Translations under genes and position numbers: made by a program | Shown: one piece after another, positions 1 to 12,958 of the stretch | Layout of the letters: every line of letters starts with the position of its first letter | Position numbering within the stretch: the first letter of the stretch is position 1 | Notes under the pieces: model-generated | What the model saw: the letters and a program-made list of their open reading frames with translations, nothing else | The model's database searches: none | Told to the model about the DNA's origin: nothing | NCBI RefSeq assembly: GCF_006345805.1 | Contig: NC_043025.1 | Coordinates: 7,130,001-7,194,000 of the forward strand | Direction: 5' to 3' | Source: Octopus sinensis | Taxonomy: Eukaryota | DNA length: 64,000 nt

Positions 1-461
1 CGTATTTCTGTTGAGATTCTCTGTGTTTCTTTCAATTAATTTTAAATATAACAAAGAATTTAGTAAAATAACTTATTTATCATTAAGCTAGTGTTAGGAA
101 CATAAATTGTGACTAAGGTTTGGTGGAAGATTTTAATTCAAAACTTAGGAAAACAAGACATTTGTACTACAGAACCAGAGGTGGTTTCAGCTGGGTTGGT
201 ATCAAAAGGGTTAAAAATATCATGGTGACTTTAACCCCTTTTGTTACCATATTTCTGTTGAGATGCTCTGTGTTTCTTTCAAGTGATTTTAAATATAACA
301 AAGAATTTAGTAAAATAATTTGGATATCATTCAGCTAGTGTTAGGAACATAAATTGTGACTAAGGTTTGGTGGAAGATTTTAATTCAAAACTTATGAAAA
401 CAAGACATTTGCACTACAGAGCCAGAGTTGGTTTCAGCTGGGTTGGTAATGAAAGGGTTAA
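1..461. mobile_element. Tandem array (at least 2 copies) of a ~230-bp TTAA (piggyBac-type) MITE, family P1
   Basis: Units run TTAA-CCCTTT(C)GTTAC...GTAA(C)GAAAGGG-TTAA and are joined by spacer AAATATCATGGTGACT. Cut by the window start. Confidence 0.8.
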
Positions 462-934
462 AAGGTACCTGTACCTGTGGAATACTTGGGCATTTGTCAT
501 GTAAATCAATGATTTTGGAAGCAGTTCTGTTAATTAAGCAACTTAGAATTGATCACTTTTCTTCAAAACCATTGCAAATTTGTTTCCTTTATATTAACAC
601 CAGCTTTAGTTTTGTTGCTTTTTGTTTTTCTTGTTTCTTGTTGTTTATATGGAGTTACTTTTCTCACATCTCCACCCCCTTTGTCTTCTCCTCTACCTGT
701 TCTTCTTCCCTCCTCCTATTACACTTCCTCCACCACCTGCTCCTACTCACTATACCTCACTTCTGTTCCTTTCTCCCCTGCATACTCTACTTCCACTCCT
801 CCCCTTTAACATGCTCCTCCCCTTTAACATGCTCCTCCTCCACCATTGCCTGCTCTACCTCCTCTTGCTTCCTCTTTCACAGGCTCCTCCTACTCTGCAT
901 TATCCACCCACTCCTTTTCCTCCTCCACTATATG

Positions 935-1506
935 CTTCTCATCCTTCAACCACACCCACTCCCCTCCAACAACACCTTCCTCCTCCAACCCCCCTTTCCT
1001 CCCTGTTGCACTTCACCTCTTCTACATCCACATGCCTCCACCCCCTTCACCACATACTTCTCATCCTTCAACCACACCCACTCCCCTCCAACAACACCTT
1101 CCTCCTCCAACCCCCCTTTCCTCCCTGTTGCACTTCACCTCTTCTACATCCACATGCCTCCACCCCCTTCACCACATACTTCTCATCCTTCAACCACACC
1201 CACTCTCCTCCAACCACACCTTCCTCCTCCACCCCCTTCACCACATGCTTCTCATCCTTCAACCACACCCACTCCCCCCAACAACACCTTCCTCCTCCAA
1301 CCCCCCTTTCCTCCCTGTTGCACTTCACCTCTTCTACATCCACATGCCTCCACCCCCTTCACCACATACTTCTCATCCTTCAACCACACCCACTCCCCTC
1401 CAACAACACCTTCCTCCTCCAACCCCCCTTTCCTCCCTGTTGCACTTCACCTCTTCTACATCCACATGCCTCCACCCCCTTCACCACATACTTCTCATCC
1501 TTCAAC
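935..1506. repeat. C-rich minisatellite, 122-bp unit (~4 copies plus one 69-bp deleted unit)
   Basis: cttctcatccttcaaccacacc recurs at 935, 1057, 1179, 1248, 1369 and 1491. Confidence 0.92.
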
Positions 1507-1585
1507 CCCCCCCCCATTTCCTCCTTATTCATTGTCACATCCTCTACAACGTCTCTCACTCTCTCTTTCTCTCCTTCCTCTCCAG

Positions 1586-1661
1586 GTGATTGTGTCCACA
1601 TAAAATCTACTGAAGAGAAACCATTTATTGCCCGCATCGACAAAATATGGGTGACGGCAGG
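1586..1661 (+). CDS. PBRM1: Polybromo-1 internal exon, start of second BAH domain
   Basis: tccag|GT...GG|gtcagt. Encodes (G)DCVHIKSTEEKPFIARIDKIWVTA(G), similar to PBRM1 BAH2 GDCVFIK...GRIEKVWV. Phase 1 to phase 2. Confidence 0.92.
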
Positions 1662-2503
1662 GTCAGTGTCCTTTTTCTTGTCTGACCTTTACATAATTGT
1701 TTATTTGTTTTTTTTCCATTTGTTCTTAAATTATTCCCCTATCCCAGAAAAGTCGCCCTCACCCCATATAAACTTTCTGCATATGTTACTGTACATGTTA
1801 TTCACTTCTATGAACTTCACTTATCTTATATACACCCCAGATATAGTTTTATATATACACTACTATGTACCATCGCAAATTATACATATACGTACCCCAT
1901 ACACCCCCTACAGGGTGTTCTGGTTAAATTTGACAGTTTGCATATAAAGGAAAGAAAGCACTGTATTCTGTTGTGTCTGGGGAGGGTCATTTTCTTTTTG
2001 TGCCTTATTATGTGACACACTCACTGGTAAAATTTCCACTTTTTTCTTATTTTTATTTTCCTAAAATTTTTCTTGCGCCTTGCAACCTTTTCAATAGTGT
2101 GTTACATTATAAGGCGCAAAAAGAAAATGACTCTCCCCAGACACAACAGAATATGCTTCAACACATGAACTCATATAAAGAATTTTGCAAACCAAATCCC
2201 AAAACGAAACACTGTATCTCATCCAAAAATGGAAGTTTTTTTTAAAAATTTAAATCTGAAAAAACATGAATTAGATTACGGCTGGGTCATAACAGTTTAT
2301 TCAAAGTAGCCATCCCCAGCTTCCACCGTGGCCTCAAGATAGCTTTGGAACTTGATGCATGTGTTCCTTACTGTCTCCCCAAGAAGGTCTTTGAACCCCC
2401 TGCTCCTTGATCTTGGCCACCAGCTTGGCCTTGGTGCTGCTGACAGCGGGGTCGGTGTCTTTCTCAATTTCACCCCACACATCATAATCCATGGTATTGC
2501 AAT

Positions 2504-2730
2504 AAAGGCGGTGAGCTGGCAGAAACGTTAGGACGCCAGGCGGAGTACTTAGCAGTATTTCGTCTGCCGTTACGTTGTGAGTTCAAATTCCGCCGAGGTC
2601 GACTTATCCTTTCGGGGGTCGATTAAATAAGCACCAGTTACGCACTGGGGTCGATGTAATCGACTTAATCCGTTTGTCTGTCCATGTTTATCTAATCTGT
2701 GTTTAGCCCCTTGTGGGTAGTAAAGAAATG
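2504..2730 (+). mobile_element. tRNA-derived SINE-like element, family B, with 11-bp TSD
   Basis: GGTGAGCTGGCAGAA...GAGTTCAAATTCCGCCGAGGTCGAC head with A/B-box-like motifs. TSD GGTATTGCAAT at 2493-2503 and 2731-2741 splits the transposase SPDCN|TMDY motif. Confidence 0.88.
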
Positions 2731-3488
2731 GGTATTGCAATCGGGGGAATTAGGAGGCCAGAAATTGGGGCCGCTGAGGTTGTAGAAATTCTCCGACAGC
2801 CACTTCTGATTCTTTCTGGAGGAAAAATCCTGCTGCCACACACATGGCCTTAAAGGTTGCAATCCTCTCCAGCCAGGGTTTGACCACAGTCTCCAGCAGT
2901 TTCACATAACAATCCGAATTGAACCTAAGGCCCTGTTCAAAGATGTGAGGCAGCATGATGTCACCCAAAGACCATCACAATTTGGGGGAACTCAAATTTC
3001 ACAATGTCCACGTCATGTGTTTGAGCCTTTACAGTGTTCAGCGAACATTGAGCAGCAATCCTGATGTCAGCATTTTAATACCCAGCATGAACCATCATGC
3101 TACAGGTAACTCTTTTCCAGATGGCTTCCAGCCCTCCATATTAGCTAACTTTTTATGCTCTCTCTATTGCTATTGACTGTTCACCAATATACCAAGCCAT
3201 TCCTGACAAAGGAGACACAAAAAACCATCAAATTTAGCCCAAATCATCATCGTTTGTCGTTTAGTCTCCAGTAGCCTCACATAGCCATCTGAATTGAGGC
3301 TAAAACCCTGCCAGAGATGTAGAGAAGAATGCCTGCTGTTTCCCTTCCTGTTGGCCATGGCTTTGTAGTCTCTGTTGCAGTTATCTATGTCATATCTTAT
3401 TGACCTTTTCAAAGCTCACAGAGCATTCAGCAACAATCATGATGTCAACATTTTGATACCTGACAAGACTCATCATGATACAGGTGAA

Positions 3489-3960
3489 TCATCATCATCA
3501 TCATCATCATTTAGCGTCTGCTTTCCATGCTAGCATGGGTCGGACGGTTCGACTGGGGATCTGGGGAGCCAGGAGGCTGCACCAACTCCAGTCTAATCTG
3601 GCAGTGTTTCTACGGCTGGATGCCCTTCCTAATGCCAACCACTCTGTGAGTATAGTGGGTGCTTTTTACGTGCTACCGGCACGGGAACCAGGCGAGGCTG
3701 GCAGACGGCCACAATCGGATGGTGCTTTTTACGTGCTACCGGCACGGGGGCCAGACGAGGCTGGCAGACGGCCACAATCGGATGGTGCCTTTTACGTGCC
3801 ACCGGCACAGGGGCCAGACGAGGCTGGCAAACGGCCACGATCGGATGGTGCTTTTTACGTGCCACCGGCACGGGGGCCAGGCGAGGCTGGCAAACAGCCA
3901 CAATCGGATGGTGCTTTTTACGTGCCACTGGCACAGGTGCCAGATGAAGCTGGCAGACGG
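3489..3960 (-). mobile_element. SINE-like family C with (GAT)n tail and ~5 internal 63-bp units
   Basis: Minus strand GGCATTAGGAAGGGCATCCAGCCGTAGAAAC...CCATGCTAGCATGGAAAG...(GAT)n. Shared with many other copies in the window. Confidence 0.85.
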
Positions 3961-4699
3961 CCATATAGAAATATATAAAACGAGCTTACAGTGTTCACAG
4001 AGCATTGAGCAGCAGTCATGATGTTGGCATTTTAATACCTGGCATGAATCAGCATGATACAGGTAACTCTTTTCCAATATTCAGATGGCTTCTAGTCCTC
4101 CACATCAGCTAACTTTATCTCAACTGTTACTTTAATCTTCATGCTCTCCAACACCATTGACTGTTCGCCAATCTATCAAACTGTTCTTGACAAAGGAGGC
4201 ACAAAAAGTTATCAAATTTCACCCCTATATAGAAATAGGATCTGTTTTTCTTCACAAATGTAAATAAACCCAATCTGTTTCTTAAATGGGGGACATATTC
4301 ATACAGCACAGATTGTTTTTTAACTCAATAGACGTCATTGATTGGTTGAAATTGCAGAAATTGAAGAAAAAAAAAACAACAAATATGTTACAAACTATAG
4401 AATTTTCTCAATAAAGCCAAGAGAAAAAGATGTTTTATAAACACATTCTACCAGTATACGAAGTTTAAAATTTTTTTTAGTTACGTGGAAATTATGTTAA
4501 AAACTGCCGTTCAAACCACATCAGCTGACTTTTTCTCAACTACAACCTTAACCTTTATGCTCTCCAACACTATTGACTGTTCACCAACACAACAAGCTAT
4601 TCCTGAAAAACGGAGACATAAAAAATTGTCATATTCAGCCTGTACACCCTGTATATACCCCTTTCTACACCAACACACCTATACTGATCCTTTTTATCA

Positions 4700-5137
4700 T
4701 TAGTTTGGAACCCCTCCATCAGACACCTACCATATTCTGAGCGCCTTGTTTCCCTGGGCATGGATTCACTGAAGCTCCGGCGTCTGGCAATGGACTTGGT
4801 AAACACCCACAAAGATATCAACCACCTCACCAACAACAACACTGAACACCTTTTTGATCTCCATGTGTCCAACACACGTGGACATGCCTACAGAGTCAGA
4901 AAACAACAGAGCTCCCATGACTTTCGGAAACATTTCTTCACGCTCAGAGTTGCTGAAGCATGGAATAAACTGCCTGCGTCAGTTGTTGACTGCCATGACA
5001 CTGCATCCTTTAAGGCCCTCATGCTTTCCGAAATCCGCCGAAACTACACCTGATTATATATACACTTTAGATGAGTTGTAGTGCACCTGAGCACTGTACA
5101 CAATGTTTTAGTATTATTATTATTATTATTATTATTT
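4700..5137 (+). mobile_element. CR1/L2-type LINE 3' fragment
   Basis: YSERLVSLGMDSL..RR...TRGHAYRVRK...RKHFFTLRVAEAWNKLP is the ORF2 C-terminal motif. Followed by an (ATT)n tail. Confidence 0.85.
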
Positions 5138-5182
5138 ATGTTTGTCTATAACCCCTGTATTTTCTTCTTTTCTCTTCAACAG

Positions 5183-5355
5183 GGGAAACATTTTCTTCTA
5201 CGGTCCTCTATTTGTTCGGCCCTCTGATGTAGAACATTCCCCGACTCGTATGTTCTATTGTCGTGAAGTCTTTTACAGCTGCAAGGAGACCTCGTTCCCG
5301 GCAATGACCGTCATAGGAAGATGTGCGGTCCTTCACATCAAGGACTATTGCTCAT
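5183..5355 (+). CDS. PBRM1: Polybromo-1 exon, BAH2 core
   Basis: caacag|G...T|gtaata. GNIFFYGPLFVRPSDVEHSPTRMFYCREVFYSCKETSFPAMTVIGRCAVLHIKDYCS matches BAH FYGP.F..P....H.PT.MFY..EVF...GKCAVL. In frame with flanking exons. Confidence 0.95.
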
Positions 5356-5394
5356 GTAATAATACCATCACACTATGCAACCCAAAACCTTCCT

Positions 5395-5809
5395 CTCTTT
5401 ACTCTTTTACTCTGTTACTTGTTTCAGTCATTTGAATGCGGCCATGCTGGAGCACCACCTTTAGTCGAGCAAATCGACCCCGGGACTTATTCTTTTTGTA
5501 AGCCCAGTACTTATTCTATCGGTCTCTTTTGCCGAACCGCTAAGTTACGGGGACGTAAACACACCAGCATCGGTTGTCAAGCAATGCTAGGGAGACAAAC
5601 ACAGACACACAAGCACATACACATACATATATATATACATATATATGACAGGCTTCTTTCAGTTTCCGTCTACCAAATCCACTCACAAGGCTTTGGTTGG
5701 CCCGAGGCTATAGCAGAAGACACTTGCCCAAGATGCCACGCAGTGGGAATGAACCCAGAACCATGTGGTTGGTTAGCAAGCTACTTACCACACAGCCACT
5801 CCTGCGCCT
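5395..5809 (-). mobile_element. tRNA-derived SINE-like element, family A
   Basis: Head AGGCGCAGGAGTGGCTGTGTGGTAAG...AACCCAGA/GGTTCA.TCCCACTGCGTGG, internal (TA/TG)n, tail (AAAGAGT)n. Confidence 0.88.
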
Positions 5810-6027
5810 CCCTTTCTCTTTTATTTATCCTTTTTTGTTTTTTCTTCATCCTCCTCCTCTTCATCATCATCATCATCATCATTGTCACAGTCATCATCAT
5901 GTTATGCCTGCTCTTCCATGGTGGCACAAGTTGGATTGGTTTCCCAAAGCAGTGGTTGATTTGATGGTTGAGTTCCTTGCTCTTCCTATAGCCAAACCCT
6001 TTTAGTTGCCTTACACAGAGACTCTGT

Positions 6028-6510
6028 GTCATCATCATCGTTTAATGTCTGCTTTTCATGCTAGCATGGGTTGGACGATTTGACTGAGGACTGGCAAACC
6101 AAATGGCTACACCAGGCTCCAATCTGATCTGGCTGAGTTTTTACAGCTGGATGCTCTTCCTAACACCAACCATTCCGAGAGTGTAGTGGGTGTTTTTATG
6201 TGCCACCGGCACGAGGGCCAGTCAATGGCCACGCTCAAATGGTGTTTTTTACATGTCACCTGCACAGGAGCCCATCCAGCGGCACTGGCAACGACGTTGC
6301 TGGAATGTTTTTTCACGTGCCACTAGCACAAGTGCCAGTAAGGTGTCGCCGGTAACGATCACGCTCGAATGGTGCTTTCTACGTGCCACCGGCACGGAAA
6401 CCAGTTAGCTGCCCTGGCAACGATCACACTCGGACGGTGCTCTTAGTGCTCCACTGGCACAGATGCCAGTCATCGAATTTGATTTCGATTTCACTTGCCT
6501 CAACAGGTCT
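6028..6510 (-). mobile_element. SINE-like family C, longer copy with diverged internal ~60-bp units
   Basis: Same GAAGGGCATCCAGCTGTA core and (GAT)n tail. Several diverged GTGCC.GTGGCACGT units. Confidence 0.8.
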
Positions 6511-6571
6511 TCGCAACTACTACTAGTACTACCATCATTATCATTCTTCTTCTTCTTGTTATTATTATTAT

Positions 6572-6846
6572 CAAGGCAGCAAGCTGGCAAAATGCTTAGT
6601 GGCATTTCAGCTGTCTTTACAGTCTGAGTTCAAATCCTGCCAAGGTCAACTTTGCCTTTCATCCTTTCAGGGTCGATAAAATAAATACCAGTTGAGTATT
6701 GGGTTTGATCGACTTGACTTACCCACTTCCCTAATCTTGTGCCAAAATTTGAAATCATTATCATCATCATCATCATCGTTATTATTATTAGTTATTATTG
6801 GTTATTATTATTATTTTATTATTATTATTGGTTATTATTATTATTG

Positions 6847-6890
<44 letters not shown>

Positions 6891-7235
6891 TACTATTACT
6901 ATTATTATTGGTTATTATTATTATTATTATTATTATTGGTTATTATTATTATTGGTTATTATTATTATTATTATTATTATCATTATTATTATTATCATTA
7001 TTATTATTATTATTATAAATATTATTATTATTATTATAAATATTATTATCATTATTATTATTATCATTATTATTATTATTATTATAAATATTATTATTAT
7101 CATTATTATCATTATTATTATTATTATTATAAGTATTATTATTATCATTATTATTATTATCATTATTATTATTATAAATATTATTATTATATTATTATTA
7201 TTATTATTATTATTATTGGTTATTATTATTATTAG
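6572..7235 (+). repeat. SINE B followed by a ~460-bp (ATT)n microsatellite
   Basis: SINE B head at ~6572. ATT runs span 6770-7235 and end ~50 bp before the 7286 exon. Confidence 0.9.
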
Positions 7236-7285
7236 TGGTATCCACTGCCTGACATCTTTCTCCCTGTCTCTCCTCTCCTACACAG

Positions 7286-7383
7286 ACCGCATCACGGAGG
7301 TCCCCGAACAAAACGTGTACATATGTGAATCCAAATATCTGGAAACTGAGCGAAGCATCCGAAAGCTGGCCAAAGGTCTTAAG
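7286..7383 (+). CDS. PBRM1: Polybromo-1 exon, BAH2 C-terminal part
   Basis: cacag|AC...AAG|gtatac. (Y)RITEVPEQNVYICESKYLETERSIRKLAKGLK matches RPTEIPENDILLCESRY...KGLK. Confidence 0.95.
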
Positions 7384-7628
7384 GTATACCTAAAAGTTAG
7401 ATCGGTTTAAGTATTCTCCCCTTTTTTTGCTTTCTCTATTTTTGTTTCGAATTTGCATTTCGTTTTTATTTTGCTTATATTATTTTTTTTTATTTTTCGT
7501 CCATTTCCTTTTTTTTTTCCCCCCCATCTTTTCTTATAATTTCTCAAGAACATGTATTTTGTTGTCGTATTATTATTAATTGCTTTTAGTTACCGTTTGC
7601 TGTTTTGGTCATTTTTAGTGTCTTCCCT

Positions 7629-8532
<904 letters not shown>

Positions 8533-8832
8533 TACTACTACTATTTTTAGTGTTTCCCCCCCCCTTTTTTTTTATTACTGTTGTTATTTAGTGCGACCCC
8601 TCCTTCATCCAAGATCAGTTTTTTCCTGGATTAGCAGACTTGTTATTGAAAGGTGACCCCAAACAGTGCCCTTCATGTCACGGGCAGTCATCATTGACAT
8701 TGTTTTGACCCTGTTGCACCGTGTTCATCTGATCCATGCAAGTATGGAAAAGTGGATGTTAACCCTCTCAGACCAGGGCACCTGTGTCTAACATTACCCT
8801 CCACCTTCGCTCCTGAGCAAAAAAATAAATAT

Positions 8833-9007
8833 AGGCGTAGGAGTGGCTGTGTGGTAAGTAGCTTGCTTACGAACCACGTAGCTCTGGGTTCAGTCCCACT
8901 GCGTGGCACCTTGGGCAAGTGTCTTTTACTATAGTCTCAGGTCGACCAAAGCCTTGTGAGTGGATTTGGTAGACAGAAACTGAAAGAAGCCCGTCGTATA
9001 TATGTAC

Positions 9008-9043
<36 letters not shown>

Positions 9044-9171
9044 ATGTATGTTTGTATGTCTGTGTTTGTTCCCTCCCCAACATCACTTGACAACCGATGC
9101 TGGTGTGTTTACGTCACCGTAACTTAGCGGTTCGGCAAAAGGGAACCAATAGAATAAGTACTAGGCTTACA
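8833..9171 (+). mobile_element. SINE A, 3'-truncated
   Basis: Family A head and body, no tail. Confidence 0.85.
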
Positions 9172-9373
9172 ATGACCAATCACATTGCAGATTTGTAGTC
9201 AGGTGTCTCCGTATTGCATTGTTAATGGTGTCCCCCCCCCCAATAGCTGTTGATTACTTTTGTTTTTAATTAGCAAAAAAAAAAAAATTTTGCAACAAAA
9301 CGAACATGTGACGAACCCAGCACTTTGGTAAACGAGAAAGGCACAGATGCTTTGTAGTTGAGAAAACTATTGA

Positions 9374-10875
9374 TCTCTCTATATATAAACGGCAAAATGT
9401 CTGTCTGTGTGTGTGTCCTTTATACAAATCCACAATTTTTCAGTTAGAGGGCTCGCACTTTCTATGGTCATTCAAAACCGTCCGAGGGTGGTCATGCACA
9501 TCTTTACATTTCCCCGTCACCCAGCAAATCTCTCTATATATAAATGGCAAAATGTCTGTCTGTGTGTGTGTCCTTTATACAAATCCACAATTTTTCAGTT
9601 AGAGGGCTCGCACTTTCTATGGTCATTCAAAACGTCTGAGGGTGGTCGTGCACATCTTTACATTCCCCAGTCACCCAGCAAATCTCTCTATATATAAATG
9701 GCAAAATGTCTGTCTGTGTTGTGTCCTTTATACAAATCCACAATTTTTCAGTTAGAGTGCTCGCACTTTCTATGGTCATTCAAAACCGTCTGAGGGTGGT
9801 CATGCCACGACATCTTACATTTCCCCAGTCACCCAAAAATCTCTCTATATATAAATGGCAAAATGTCTGTCTGTGGGTGTGTCCTTTATACAAATCCACA
9901 ATTTTTCAGTTAGAGTGCTCACTTTCTATGGTCATTCAAAACCGTCCGAAGGTGGTCATGCACATCTTTACATTTCCCCAGTCACCCAGCAAATCTTTCT
10001 ATATATAAGGCAAAATGTCTGTCTGTGTGTGTGTCCTTTATACAAATCCACAATTTTTCAGTTAGAGTGCTCGCACTTTCTATGGTCATTCAAAACCGTC
10101 TGAGGGTGGTCATGCACATCTTTACATTTCCCCAGTCACCCAGCAAATCTCTCTATATATAAATGGCAAAATGTCTGTCTGTGTGTGTGTCCTTTATACA
10201 AATCCACAATTTTTCAGTTAGAGGGCTCGCACTTTCTATGGTCATTCAAAACCGTCTGAGGGTGGTCATGCACATCTTTACATTTCCCCAGTCACCCAGC
10301 AAATCTCTCTATATATAAATGGCAAAATGTCTGTCTGTGTGTGTGTCCTTTATACAAATCCACAATTTTTCAGTTAGAGTGCTCGCACCTTCTATGGTCA
10401 TTCAAAACCGTCCGAGGGTGGTCATGCACATCTTTACATTTCCCCAGTCACCCAGCAAATCTCTCTATATATAAATGGCAAAATGTCTGTCTGTGTGTGT
10501 GTCCTTTATACAAATCCACAATTTTTCAGTTAAAGTGCTCGCACTTTCTATGGTCATTCAAAACCGTCTGAGGGTGGTCATGCACATCTTTACATTTCCC
10601 CAGTCACCCAGCAAATCTCTCTATATATAAATGGCAAAATGTCTGTCTGTGTGTGTGTCCTTTATACAAATCCACAATTTTCAGTTAGAGTGCTCGCACT
10701 TTCTATGGTCATTCAAAACGTTGACCGTCTGAGTCGGTGGTCAGCACATCTTTACATTCCTCCCCAGTCACCCAGCAAATCTCTCTATATATAAATGGCA
10801 AAATGTCTGTCTTTGTGTGTGTCCTTTATACAAATCCACAATTTTTCAGTTAGAGTGCTCGCACTTTCTATGGTC
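9374..10875 (+). repeat. ~155-bp tandem array (~10 units) beginning with a Helitron-like 5' end
   Basis: TCTCTCTATATATAAA(C/T)GGCAAAATGTCTGTCTGTGTGTG recurs about every 155 bp. Confidence 0.93.
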
Positions 10876-10920
10876 ATTTCTATGTATGTATATATATATA
10901 CACACACACACATATACATA

Positions 10921-11132
10921 CAGGGTTGGCCAGAATTCACCTGACAGTAAATCAAAGTTCCATAAATACTATCTGTAATTCTGTGTTGACTTCAATGGAA
11001 AAAGTGTGTCACTCAACAAGGACTTCAGTTTGAAGAATTTTGATGATGTCTCATATTCAGTTGTTAAACATAAATAAATCTTGGAATTAAATGGTTTTGA
11101 TTTTACTGTCAGGTGACTTTTGGCCAACCCTG
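10921..11132. mobile_element. Tc1/mariner-type MITE
   Basis: TA|CAGGGTTGGCCA.AA.TCACCTGACAGTAAA...TTTACTGTCAGGTGACTTTTGGCCAACCCTG|TA. Confidence 0.88.
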
Positions 11133-11138
11133 TATGTT

Positions 11139-11177
<39 letters not shown>

Positions 11178-11179
<2 letters not shown>

Positions 11180-11475
11180 TGGTTGTCTACTCTTAAAGCA
11201 GAGTTTGACCACCTCCTGTACCTACACCTTAGAACCAGACAAGGTTTTGAAAAGACACCCACACAGATTGCATATCTGATTTGGACCACCAAGAGCTGCA
11301 GTTCAGTTCTGAAATTTGTGGATCTTAAAATGTCTTTTGAGGCCTCTGTTGGATTTGCAGACCTTCTGGCATACACTGCATTGAAATGTGTACACAGACA
11401 TATAGGCGGAATTGTTGGTGGAGGTTCGTTTTCCATGGGCCCACAAATGAGATTTGAGCCCAGCAAAAGAAAGGC
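11178..11475 (-). mobile_element. LINE (RTE-like) 3' end with C2H2-like motifs
   Basis: CSVCQKVCKSNRGLKRHFKIH. Homologous to 37080-37427 and ends ACAACCACCA(TA)n. Confidence 0.7.
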
Positions 11476-11635
11476 ATTGTCTTGTCACAAACACACACAC
11501 ACACATATAATAATAACAATATTAGGGAATATTATTCCAAACTTACAGGGAAAACCTCAATTTAGAAATACTAAATCAAATTTCACAAAATATTATGTAT
11601 ATATATATATATATAATATATATTATATATATATA

Positions 11636-11833
11636 TTAGAAAAAAACACTTTTTATCAATACAACAATGAAAAAATTTAATTATACCGAAGAGAAAAATT
11701 GCATTACTTAATCATTGGTATATGTTTTTATCTTATATTTAATTTTTCTATAAGATGTAATTTTTTTCTATATGGTATAATTTAATTTTTTCTTTGTTGA
11801 ATTGATAAAAAGTGTTTTTTTTCTAATTTGTAT

Positions 11834-11889
<56 letters not shown>

Positions 11890-12099
11890 ATATATGTTAT
11901 ATATATATATTAGAAAAAAACACTTTTTATCAATACAACAATGAAAAAATTTAATTATACCGAAGAGAAAAATTGCATTACTTAATCATTGGTATATGTT
12001 TTTATCTTATATTTAATTTTTCTATAAGATGTAATTTTTTTCTATATGGTATAATTTAATTTTTTCTTTGTTGAATGATAAAAAGTGTTTTTTTTCTAA
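11636..12099. repeat. Two tandem copies of a ~190-bp AT-rich palindromic (MITE-like) unit in (TA)n
   Basis: TTAGAAAAAAACACTTTTTATCA...TGATAAAAAGTGTTTTTTTTCTAA at 11636-11826 and 11910-12099. Confidence 0.85.
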
Positions 12100-12110
12100 T
12101 TTGTATATAT

Positions 12111-12170
<60 letters not shown>

Positions 12171-12545
12171 TTTAATCTTTCACTTAAGCATGTGAGACTA
12201 ATAACAAAACAAAAAAAAAACTGTTAACAATATGTAGAACCCAATACATGTTAGAGCAACATGTTAGAAGGTGAACTGATAAAGGAATAAATGTTTATCT
12301 TATGAACTTCGTTAGCTTACAGCTGTATCTGCTATATAAGATGCAGTTTACTTTATTAATTAACGGAGTTATGATTAAATCAAAGGCCAGAAATTTCGTT
12401 TGCGCACATTTAAAAAAAAAATTTATTTATAAACTTTAATTTTTTTTTTTTTTGTATTTATTTGATTTTATTTTTTGTTTCTTTATGAACGGAAACAGTA
12501 AATTTCCAAATTCTAGAAGCTTCTCCCCCTCTTCATCTTTTTCAG

Positions 12546-12617
12546 AAATACTCACTGTCCCCTAAGGTGACAGACGACGAGTTATACTTCTTCAAGAAAC
12601 ACATTGTGCCACAGAAA
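12546..12617 (+). CDS. PBRM1: Polybromo-1 exon (72 nt, not in ORF track)
   Basis: ttttcag|AAA...AAA|gtaagt. KYSLSPKVTDDELYFFKKHIVPQK matches vertebrate RFSLSAKVVDDEIYYFRKPIVPQK. Phase 0-0. Confidence 0.95.
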
Positions 12618-12757
12618 GTAAGTAGCCGACGCCCTCTTTTTTTTTTTTTAATCTGCTCTTTTATCTCGCTTCGTCTCTTTACTAACGAACATCATAACTA
12701 ATTTAATTAATTAGTGTCAGTCCCTATACACTTATGCGAAGGTGTGCGTCTTAAGCT

Positions 12758-12958
12758 GGTCGTGTGCTGCAGCCATGCTCTTGTGATCATGGTTTCAATC
12801 CCTGGACCTGGTGGTGTGCTGGAGGGTCGTGTGCTGCAGCCATGCTCTTGTGATCATGGTTTCAATCCCTGGACCTGGTGGTGTGCTGGAGGGTCGTGTG
12901 CTGCAGCCATGCTCTTGTGATCATGGTTTCAATCCCTGGACCTGGTGGTGTGCTGGAG
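12758..12958 (+). repeat. 67-bp triplication inside a SINE head
   Basis: GGTCGTGTGCTGCAGCC...GGTTTCAATCCCTGG... at 12758, 12825 and 12892. Confidence 0.85.

Larger units (their letters stand above)
1911..4651 (-). mobile_element. Decayed full-length Tc1/mariner (maT/DD37D-like) transposon with nested insertions
   Basis: TA|CAGGGTG...TGACA.TTT inverted ends at 1911 and 4651. Minus-strand remnants WLSENFYNLSGPNFWPPNSPDCNTMDYDVWGE and LEATVEAGDGYFE*. Confidence 0.82.

Noticed and set aside
428-1947. Long Pro/His/Ser-rich ORFs in three frames
   Set aside because: They arise from the stop-poor C-rich minisatellite. Only 1586-1661 is a real exon.
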